A stretch of 64,000 nucleotides of DNA. Origin: the human T2T-CHM13v2.0 reference genome, Homo sapiens. The notes beneath the pieces were generated by a model, which did no database searches, was not told the DNA's origin, and saw only the letters and a list, made by a program, of their open reading frames with translations. Position 1 is the stretch's first letter. Every line of letters starts with the position of its first letter. Location of the stretch: assembly GCF_009914755.1 (NCBI RefSeq), contig NC_060944.1; one strand, 5' to 3'. The translations under genes were made by a program, and so were the position numbers. This document shows positions 1-10,600 of this stretch, piece after piece.

Positions 1-150
1 TCTTCCCATAAAAACTAGAAAGAAGCATTCTCAGAAAGTTCTTTGTGATGCTTGCATTCAACTCACAGAGTTGAACATTCCCTTTCATACAGCAGTTTGG
101 AAACACTCTTTTTGTAGTATCTGGAAGTGGACCTTTGGAGCGCTTTGGGG

Positions 151-171
151 CCTAGGGTGAAAAAGGAAATA
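151..171 (+). promoter_or_regulatory. A-type (pJ-alpha-like) box of M1, CCTAGGGTGAAAAAGGAAAT. Similar A boxes end M3, M5, M7 and M10.
   Basis: CCTA(G/T)GGTGAAAAAGG occupies the position homologous to the CENP-B box, which is the established A/B monomer dichotomy. Confidence 0.75.
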
Positions 172-322
172 TCCTCACCTAAAAACTAGACAGAAGCATT
201 CTCAGAAACTTCTTTGTGATGTGTGTAGTCAACTCACAGAGTTGAACCTTTCTTTTGATACAGCAGTTTTGAAACACCCTTTTTGTAGAATCTGCAAGTG
301 GTTATTTTGATAGCTTTGAGGC

Positions 323-339
323 TTTCATTGGAAACGGGA
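323..339 (+). promoter_or_regulatory. Degenerate CENP-B box of M2 (TTTCATTGGAAACGGGA). Equivalent degenerate boxes end M6 and M11 in each HOR.
   Basis: Matches YTTCGTTGGAARCGGGA except for G>A in the essential TTCG core, so it is predicted not to bind CENP-B. Confidence 0.9.
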
Positions 340-664
340 ATATCTTCACATAAAAACTAGACAGAAGCATTCTCAGAAACATCTTTATGAAGTTTGCATT
401 CAACTCAGAGAGTTGAACTTTCCATTCCATACAGCGGTTTTGAAACTCTCTTTTTCTAGAATCTGTAAGTGGAAACTTGGAGCGCTTCGAGGCCTATGGT
501 GAAAAAGGGAATATCTTCCCATAAAAAGTAGACAGAAGAATTCTCAGTAACTACTTTGTGATGTGTGTACTCAACTCACAGAGTTGAACTTTTCTTTTGA
601 AAGAGAAGTTTTGAAACACTCTTTTTGTAGAATCTGCAAATGGGTATTTAGCCTGATTTGAGGC

Positions 665-680
665 CTTCAGTGGAATGGGA
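665..680 (+). promoter_or_regulatory. Polymorphic degenerate CENP-B box of M4 (deletion allele CTTCAGTGGAA-TGGGA; alternative allele CTTCATTGGAAACGGGA, e.g. 2542-2558)
   Basis: Direct reading. This 1-bp indel accounts for 1877 vs 1878 bp HOR lengths. Confidence 0.88.
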
Positions 681-1649
681 ATATCTTCACATAAAACTAG
701 ACAGAAGCATTCTCAGAAACTTCGTTGTGATGTGTGCATTCAACTCCCAGAGTTGAACCTCTCTTTTGATAGAGCAGTTCTGAAACAATCTTTTTGTGGT
801 ATCTGGAAGTGGACGTTTGGAGCGATTCGAGGCCTATGGTGAAAAAGGCAATATCTTCACCTAAAAACTAGACAGAAGCATTCTCAGAAACTGCTTTGTG
901 ATATGTTTAGTCAACTCACGGAGTTGAAACTTGGTTTTGATACAGCAGTTTTGAAACACTCTTTTTGTTAGAATCTTCAAGTGGATATTTGGATAGCTTT
1001 GAGGCTTTCATTGGAAACGGGAATATCTACACATAAGAACTAGACAGAAGCATTCTCAGAAAGTTCTTTATGAAGTTCGCATTCAACTCACAGAGTTGTA
1101 CCTTCCTTTTCACACAGCAGTTTTGAGACATTCTTTTTGTAGAATCTGCAAGTGGACATTTGGAGTGATTTGAGACATAGGGTGAAAAAGGAATATCTTC
1201 CCATAAAAAGTAGACAGAAGCATTCTCAGAAACGACTTTCTGATTTGTGTACTCAACTCACAGAGTTAACCCTTTCCTTTGATACAGCAGTTCGGGAACA
1301 CACTTCTTATAGAATTTACGAGCGGATATAAGGACAGCAGTGAGGATTTCATCGGAAACGGAATATCTTCACATAAAAGTAGACAGAAGCATTCTCAGAA
1401 AGTTCTTTGTAATGTGTGCATTCAACTCACAGAGTTGAAACTTTCTTTTGATAGAGCAGATAGGAAGCCCTCTTTTTGTAGAGTTTGCAAGTGGATATCT
1501 GGACAGCTTTGAGGCCTTCCCTGGAAACGAGTGTATCTTCACATATACACTAGACAGAAGCATCCTCAGAAACTTGTTGGTGATGCTTGCATTCAACTCA
1601 CAGAATTGAACATTTCATTTCCTAGAGCAGTTTTGAAACACTCTTCTTG

Positions 1650-4600
1650 TAGTATCTGGAAGCGGACATTTGGAGCACTTTGAGGCCTAGGGTGAAAAAG
1701 GAAATATCTTCACATAAAAACTAGACAGAAGCATTCTCTGAAACTTCTTTGTGATGTGTGTACTCAACTCACAGAGTTGAACTTTTCTTCTCATAGATCA
1801 GATTTGAAACCCTCTTTTTGTAGAGTCTGCAAGTGTATATTTGGATAGCTTTGAGGATTTCATTGGAAACGGGAATATCTTCCCATAAAAACTAGAAAGA
1901 AGCATTCTCAGAAACTTCTTTGTGATGCTTGCATTCAACTCACAGAGTTGAACATTCCCTTTCATACAGCAGTTTGGAAACACTCTTTTTGTAGTATCTG
2001 GAAGTGGACCTTTGGAGCGCTTTGGGGCCTAGGGTGAAAAAGGAAATATCCTCACCTAAAAACCAGACAGAAACATTCTCAGAAACTTCTTTGTGATGTG
2101 TGTAGTCAACTCACAGAGTTGAACCTTTCTTTTGATACAGCAGTTTTGAAACACTCTTTTTGTAGAATCTGCAAGTGGTTATTTTGATAGCTTTGAGGCT
2201 TTCATTGGAAACGGGAATATCTTCACATAAAAACTAGACAGAAGCATTCTCAGAAACTTCTTTATGAAGTTTGCATTCAACTCACAGAGTTGAACTTTCC
2301 GTTCCATACAGCGGTTTTGAAACTCTCTTTTTCTAGAATCTGTAAGTGGAAACTTGGAGCGCTTCGAGGCCTATGGTGAAAAAGGGAATATCTTCCCATA
2401 AAAAGTAGACAGAAGAATTCTCAGTAACTACTTTGTGATGTGTGTACTCAACTCACAGAGTTGAACTTTTCTTTTGAAAGAGAAGTTTTGAAACACTCTT
2501 TTTGTAGAATCTGCAAATGGGTATTTAGCCTGCTGTGAGGCCTTCATTGGAAACGGGAATATCTTCACATAAAACTAGACAGAAGCATTCTCAGAAACTT
2601 CGTTGTGATGTGTGCATTCAACTCCCAGAGTTGAACCTCTCTTTTGATAGAGCAGTTCTGAAACAATCTTTTTGTGGTATCTGGAAGTGGACGTTTGGAG
2701 CGATTCGAGGCCTATGGTGAAAAAGGCAATATCTTCACCTAAAAACTAGACAGAAGCATTCTCAGAAACTGCTTTGTGATATGTGTAGTCAAGTCACGGA
2801 GTTGAAACTTGATTTTGATGCAGCAGTTTTGAAACACTCTTTTTGTTAGAATCTTCAAGTGGATATTTGGATAGCTTTGAGGCTTTCATGGGAAACGGGA
2901 ATATCTACACATAAGAACTAGACAGAAGCATTCTCAGAAAGTTCTTTATGAAGTTCGCATTCAACTCACAGAGTTGTACCTTCCTTTTCACACAGCAGTT
3001 TTGAGACATTCTTTTTGTAGAATCTGCAAGTGGACATTTGGAGTGATTTGAGACATAGGGTGAAAAAGGAATATCTTCCCATAAAAAGTAGACAGAAGCA
3101 TTCTCAGAAACGACTTTCTGATTTGTGTACTCAACTCACAGAGTTAAACCTTTCCTTTGATACAGCAGTTCGGAAACACTCTTCTTGTAGAATTTACGAG
3201 CGGATATAAGGACAGCAGTGAGGATTTCATCGGAAACGGAATATCTTCACATAAAAGTAGACAGAAGCATTCTCAGAAAGTTCTTTGTAATGTGTGCATT
3301 CAACTCACAGAGTTGAAACTTTCTTTTGATAGAGCAGATAGGAAGCCCTCTTTTTGTAGAATTTGCAAGTGGATATCTGGACAGCTTTGAGGCCTTCCCT
3401 GGAAACGAGTGTATCTTCACATAAACACTAGACAGAAGCATCCTTAGAAACTTGTTGGTGATGCTTGCATTCAACTCACAGAATTGAACATTTCTTTTCC
3501 TAGAGCAGTTTTGAAACACTCTTTTTGTAGTATCTGGAAGCGGACATTTGGAGCACTTTGAGGCCTAGGGTGAAAAAGGAAATATCTTCACATAAAAACT
3601 AGACAGAAGCCTTCTCTGAAACTTCTTTGTGATGTGTGTACTCAACTCACAGAGTTGAACTTTTCTTCTCATAGATCAGATTTGAAACCCTCTTTTTGTA
3701 GAGTCTGCAAGTGTATATTTGGATAGCTTTGAGGATTTCATTGGAAACGGGAATATCTTCCCATAAAAACTAGAAAGAAGCATTCTCAGAAAGTTCTTTG
3801 TGATGCTTGCATTCAACTCACAGAGTTGAACATTCCCTTTCATACAGCAGCTTGGAAACACTCTTTTTGTAGTATCTGGAAGTGGACCTTTGGAGCGCTT
3901 TGGGGCCTAGGGTGAAAAAGGAAATATCCTCACCTAAAAACTAGACAGAAGCATTCTCAGAAACTTCTTTGTGATGTGTGTAGTCAACTCACAGAGTTGA
4001 ACCTTTCTTTTGATACAGCAGTTTTGAAACACTCTTTTTGTAGAATCTGCAAGTGGTTATTTTGATAGCTTTGAGGCTTTCATTGGAAACGGGAATATCT
4101 TCACATAAAAACTAGACAGAAGCATTCTCAGAAACATCTTTATGAAGTTTGCATTCAACTCAGAGAGTTGAACTTTCCATTCCATACAGCGGTTTTGAAA
4201 CTCTCTTTTTCTAGAATCTGTAAGTGGAAACTTGGAGCGCTTCGAGGCCTATGGTGAAAAAGGGAATCTCTTCCCATAAAAAGTAGACAGAAGAATTCTC
4301 AGTAACTACTTTGTGATGTGTGTACTCAACTCACAGAGTTGAACTTTTCTTTTGAAAGAGAAGTTTTGAAACACTCTTTTTGTAGAATCTGCAAATGGGT
4401 ATTTAGCCTGATTTGAGGCCTTCAGTGGAATGGGAATATCTTCACATAAAACTAGACAGAAGCATTCTCAGAAACTTCGTTGTGATGTGTGCATTCAACT
4501 CCCAGAGTTGAACCTCTCTTTTGATAGAGCAGTTCTGAAACAATCTTTTTGTGGTATCTGGAAGTGGACGTTTGGAGCGATTCGAGGCCTATGGTGAAAA

Positions 4601-7600
4601 AGGCAATATCTTCACCTAAAAACTAGACAGAAGCATTCTCAGAAACTGCTTTGTGATATGTGTAGTCAACTCACGGAGTTGAAACTTGGTTTTGATACAG
4701 CAGTTTTGAAACACTCTTTTTGTTAGAATCTTCAAGTGGATATTTGGATAGCTTTGAGGCTTTCATTGGAAACGGGAATATCTACACATAAGAACTAGAC
4801 AGAAGCATTCTGAGAAAGTTCTTTATGAAGTTCGCATTCAACTCACAGAGTTGTACCTTCCTTTTCACACAGCAGTTTTGAGACATTCTTTTTGTAGAAT
4901 CTGCAAGTGGACATTTGGAGTGATTTGAGACATAGGGTGAAAAAGGAATATCTTCCCATAAAAAGTAGACAGAAGCATTCTCAGAAACGACTTTCTGATT
5001 TGTGTACTCAACTCACAGAGTTAAACCTTTCCTTTGATACAGCAGTTCGGAAACACTCTTCTTGTAGAATTTACGAGCGGATATAAGGACAGCAGTGAGG
5101 CTTTCATCGGAAACGGAATATCGTCACATAAAAGTAGACAGAAGCATTCTCAGAAAGTTCTTTGTAATGTGTGCATTCAACTCACAGAGTTGAAACTTTC
5201 TTTTGATAGAGCAGATAGGAATCCCTCTTTTTGTAAAATTTGCAAGTGGATATCTGGACAGCTTTGAGGCCTTCCCTGGAAACGAGTGTGTCTTCACATA
5301 AACACTAGACAGAAGCATCCTTAGAAACTTGTTGGTGATGCTTGCATTCAACTCACAGAATTGAACATTTCTTTTCCTAGAGCAGTTTTGAAACACTCTT
5401 TTTGTAGTATCTGGAAGCGGACATTTGGAGCACTTTGAGGCCTAGGGTGAAAAAGGAAATATCTTCACATAAAAACTAGACAGAAGCCTTCTCTGAAACT
5501 TCTTTGTGATGTGTGTACTCAACTCACAGAGTTGAACTTTTCTTCTCATAGATCAGATTTGAAACCCTCTTTTTGTAGAGTCTGCAAGTGTATATTTGGA
5601 TAGCTTTGAGGATTTCATTGGAAACGGGAATATCTTCCCATAAAAACTAGAAAGAAGCATTCTCAGAAAGTTCTTTGTGATGCTTGCATTCAACTCACAG
5701 AGTTGAACATTCCCTTTCATACAGCAGTTTGGAAACACTCTTTTTGTAGTATCTGGAAGTGGACCTTTGGAGCGCTTTGGGGCCTAGGGTGAAAAAGGAA
5801 ATATCCTCACCTAAAAACTAGACAGAAGCATTCTCAGAAACTTCTTTGTGATGTGTGTAGTGAACTCACAGAGTTGAACCTTTCTTTTGATACAGCAGTT
5901 TTGAAACACTCTTTTTGTAGAATCTGCAAGTGGTTATTTTGATAGCTTTGAGGCTTTCATTGGAAACGGGAATATCTTCACATAAAAACTAGACAGAAGC
6001 ATTCTCAGAAACATCTTTATGAAGTTTGCATTCAACTCAGAGAGTTGAACTTTCCATTCCATACAGCGGTTTTGAAACTCTCTTTTTCTAGAATCTGTAA
6101 GTGGAAACTTGGAGCGCTTCGAGGCCTATGGTGAAAAAGGGAATCTCTTCCCATAAAAAGTAGACAGAAGAATTCTCAGTAACTACTTTGTGATGTGTGT
6201 ACTCAACTCACAGAGTTGAACTTTTCTTTTGAAAGAGAAGTTTTGAAACACTCTTTTTGTAGAATGTGCAAATGGGTATTTAGCCTGATTTGAGGCCTTC
6301 AGTGGAATGGGAATATCTTCACATAAAACTAGACAGAAGCATTCTCAGAAACTTCGTTGTGATTTGTGCATTGAACTCCCAGAGTTGAACCTCTCTTTTG
6401 ATAGAGCAGTTCTGAAACAATCTTTTTGTGGTATCTGGAAGTGGACGTTTGGAGCGATTCGAGGCCTATGGTGAAAAAGGCAATATCTTCACCTAAAAAC
6501 TAGACAGAAGCATTCTCCGAAACTGCTTTGTGATATGTGTAGTCAACTCACGGAGTTGAAACTTTGTTTTGATGCAGCAGTTTTGAAACACTCTTTTTGT
6601 TAGAATCTTCAACTGGATATTTGGATAGCTTTGAGGCTTTCATTGGAAACGGGAATATCTACACATAAGAACTAGACAGAAGCATTCTCAGAAAGTTCTT
6701 TATGAAGTTCGCATTCAACTCACAGAGTTGTACATTCCTTTTCACACAGCAGTTTTGAGACATTCTTTTTGTAGAATCTGCAAGTGGACATTTGGAGTGA
6801 TTTGAGACATAGGGTGAAAAAGGAATATCTTCCCATAAAAAGTAGACAGAAGCATTCTCAGAAACGACTTTCTGATTTGTGTACTCAACTCACAGATTTA
6901 ACCCTTTCCTTTGATACAGCAGTTCGGGAACACTCTTCTTATAGAATTTACGAGCGGATATAAGGACAGCAGTGAGGATTTCATCGGAAACGGAATATCT
7001 TCACATAAAAGTAGACAGAAGCATTCTCAGAAAGTTCTTTGTAATGTGTGCATTCAACTCACAGAGTTGAAACTTTCTTTTGATAGAGCAGATAGGAAGC
7101 CCTCTTTTTGTAGAGTTTGCAAGTGGATATCTGGACAGCTTTGAGGCCTTCCCTGGAAACGAGTGTATCTTCACATATACACTAGACAGAAGCATCCTCA
7201 GAAACTTGTTGGTGATGCTTGCATTCAACTCACAGAATTGAACATTTCATTTCCTAGAGCAGTTTTGAAACACTCTTTTTGTAGTATCTGGAAGCGGACA
7301 TTTGGAGCACTTTGAGGCCTAGGGTGAAAAAGGAAATATCTTCACATAAAAACTAGACAGAAGCATTCTCTGAAACTTCTTTGTGATGTGTGTACTCAAC
7401 TCACAGAGTTGAACTTTTCTTCTCATAGATCAGATTTGAAACCCTCTTTTTGTAGAGTCTGCAAGTGTATATTTGGATAGCTTTGAGGATTTCATTGGAA
7501 ACGGGAATATCTTCCCATAAAAACTAGAAAGAAGCATTCTCAGAAACTTCTTTGTGATGCTTGCATTCAACTCACAGAGTTGAACATTCCCTTTCATACA

Positions 7601-10600
7601 GCAGTTTGGAAACACTCTTTTTGTAGTATCTGGAAGTGGACCTTTGGAGCGCTTTGGGGCCTAGGGTGAAAAAGGAAATATCCTCACCTAAAAACCAGAC
7701 AGAAGCATTCTCAGAAACTTCTTTGTGATGTGTGTAGTCAACTCACAGAGTTGAACCTTTCTTTTGATACAGCAGTTTTGAAACACTCTTTTTGTAGAAT
7801 CTGCAAGTGGTTATTTTGATAGCTTTGAGGCTTTCATTGGAAACGGGAATATCTTCACATAAAAACTAGACAGAAGCATTCTCAGAAACTTCTTTATGAA
7901 GTTTGCATTCAACTCAGAGAGTTGAACTTTCCATTCCATACAGCGGTTTTGAAACTCTCTTTTTCTAGAATCTGTAAGTGGAAACTTGGAGCGCTTCGAG
8001 GCCTATGGTGAAAAAGGGAATATCTTCCCATAAAAAGTACACAGAAGAATGCTCAGTAACTACTTTGTGATGTGTGTACTCAACTCACAGAGTTGAACTT
8101 TTCTTTTGAAAGAGAAGTTTTGAAACACTCTTTTTGTAGAATCTGCAAATGGGTATTTAGCCTGCTGTGAGGCCTTCATTGGAAACGGGAATATCTTCAC
8201 ATAAAACTAGACAGAAGCATTCTCAGAAACTTCGTTGTGATGTGTGCATTCAACTCCCAGAGTTGAACCTCTCTTTTGATAGAGCAGTTCTGAAACAATC
8301 TTTTTGTGGTATCTGGAAGTGGACGTTTGGAGCGATTCGAGGCCTATGGTGAAAAAGGCAATATCTTCACCTAAAAACTAGACAGAAGCATTCTCAGAAA
8401 CTGCTTTGTGATATGTGTAGTCAAGTCACGGAGTTGAAACTTGGTTTTGATGCAGCAGTTTTGAAACACTCTTTTTGTTAGAATCTTCAAGTGGATATTT
8501 GGATAGCTTTGAGGCTTTCATGGGAAACGGGAATATCTACACATAAGAACTAGACAGAAGCATTCTCAGAAAGTTCTTTATGAAGTTCGCATTCAACTCA
8601 CAGAGTTGTACCTTCCTTTTCACACAGCAGTTTTGAGACATTCTTTTTGTAGAATCTGCAAGTGGACATTTGGAGTGATTTGAGACATAGGGTGAAAAAG
8701 GAATATCTTCCCATAAAAAGTAGACAGAAGCATTCTCAGAAACGACTTTCTGATTTGTGTACTCAACTCACAGAGTTAAACCTTTCCTTTGATACAGCAG
8801 TTCGGAAACACTCTTCTTGTAGAATTTACGAGCGGATATAAGGACAGCAGTGAGGATTTCATCGGAAACGGAATATCTTCACATAAAAGTAGACAGAAGC
8901 ATTCTCAGAAAGTTCTTTGTAATGTGTGCATTCAACTCACAGAGTTGAAACTTTCTTTTGATAGAGCAGATAGGAAGCCCTCTTTTTGTAGAATTTGCAA
9001 GTGGATATCTGGACAGCTTTGAGGCCTTCCCTGGAAACGAGTGTATCTTCACATAAACACTAGACAGAAGCATCCTTAGAAACTTGTTGGTGATGCTTGC
9101 ATTCAACTCACAGAATTGAACATTTCTTTTCCTAGAGCAGTTTTGAAACACTCTTTTTGTAGTATCTGGAAGCGGACATTTGGAGCACTTTGAGGCCTAG
9201 GGTGAAAAAGGAAATATCTTCACATAAAAACTAGACAGAAGCCTTCTCTGAAACTTCTTTGTGATGTGTGTACTCAACTCACAGAGTTGAACTTTTCTTC
9301 TCATAGATCAGATTTGAAACCCTCTTTTTGTAGAGTCTGCAAGTGTATATTTGGATAGCTTTGAGGATTTCATTGGAAACGGGAATATCTTCCCATAAAA
9401 ACTAGAAAGAAGCATTCTCAGAAAGTTCTTTGTGATGCTTGCATTCAACTCACAGAGTTGAAAATTCCCTTTCATACAGCAGTTTGGAAACACTCTTTTT
9501 GTAGTATCTGGAAGTGGACCTTTGGAGCGCTTTGGGGCCTAGGGTGAAAAAGGAAATATCCTCACCTAAAAACTAGACAGAAGCATTCTCAGAAACTTCT
9601 TTGTGATGTGTGTAGTGAACTCACAGAGTTGAACCTTTCTTTTGATACAGCAGTTTTGAAACACTCTTTTTGTAGAATCTGCAAGTGGTTATTTTGATAG
9701 CTTTGAGGCTTTCATTGGAAACGGGAATATCTTCACATAAAAACTAGACAGAAGCATTCTCAGAAACATCTTTATGAAGTTTGCATTCAACTCAGAGAGT
9801 TGAACTTTCCATTCCATACAGCGGTTTTGAAACTCTCTTTTTCTAGAATCTGTAAGTGGAAACTTGGAGCGCTTCGAGGCCTATGGTGAAAAAGGGAATC
9901 TCTTCCCATAAAAAGTAGACAGAAGAATTCTCAGTAACTACTTTGTGATGTGTGTACTCAACTCACAGAGTTGAACTTTTCTTTTGAAAGAGAAGTTTTG
10001 AAACACTCTTTTTGTAGAATCTGCAAATGGGTATTTAGCCTGATTTGAGGCCTTCAGTGGAATGGGAATATCTTCACATAAAACTAGACAGAAGCATTCT
10101 CAGAAACTTCGTTGTGATGTGTGCATTCAACTCCCAGAGTTGAACCTCTCTTTTGATAGAGCAGTTCTGAAACAATCTTTTTGTGGTATCTGGAAGTGGA
10201 CGTTTGGAGCGATTCGAGGCCTATGGTGAAAAAGGCAATATCTTCACCTAAAAACTAGACAGAAGCATTCTCAGAAACTGCTTTGTGATATGTGTAGTCA
10301 AGTCACGGAGTTGAAACTTGGTTTTGATGCAGCAGTTTTGAAACACTCTTTTTGTTAGAATCTTCAAGTGGATATTTGGATAGCTTTGAGGCTTTCATGG
10401 GAAACGGGAATATCTACACATAAGAACTAGACAGAAGCATTCTCAGAAAGTTCTTTATGAAGTTCGCATTCAACTCACAGAGTTGTACCTTCCTTTTCAC
10501 ACAGCAGTTTTGAGACATTCTTTTTGTAGAATCTGCAAGTGGACATTTGGAGTGATTTGAGACATAGGGTGAAAAAGGAATATCTTCCCATAAAAAGTAG

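Larger units (their letters stand above)
26..1902 (+). repeat. First complete HOR unit, monomers M1-M11 starting at 26, 197, 368, 539, 708, 879, 1051, 1221, 1390, 1561, 1732 (lengths 171,171,171,169,171,172,170,169,171,171,171 = 1877 bp)
   Basis: Monomers were phased on the CATTCTCAG-like motif. The next M1 starts at 1903. Confidence 0.95.

Noticed and set aside
28-36. TTCTCAGAA matching a STAT/GAS-like TTCN3GAA motif
   Set aside because: It is part of the generic alpha-satellite consensus, and the sequence gives no evidence of function.
720-736. CTTCGTTGTG... and other TTCG occurrences (GTTCGGGAAC, GTTCGGAAAC, CTTCGAGG, GTTCGCATT) as cryptic CENP-B boxes
   Set aside because: None has the downstream A..CGGG at the required spacing.
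26-1902. Assignment to live D13Z1/D21Z1 or to D1Z5 on the basis of 11-mer size
   Set aside because: The size is similar, but the absence of intact CENP-B boxes argues against D13Z1/D21Z1, and the near-dimeric A/B order argues against pentameric SF3. This cannot be settled without a database search.
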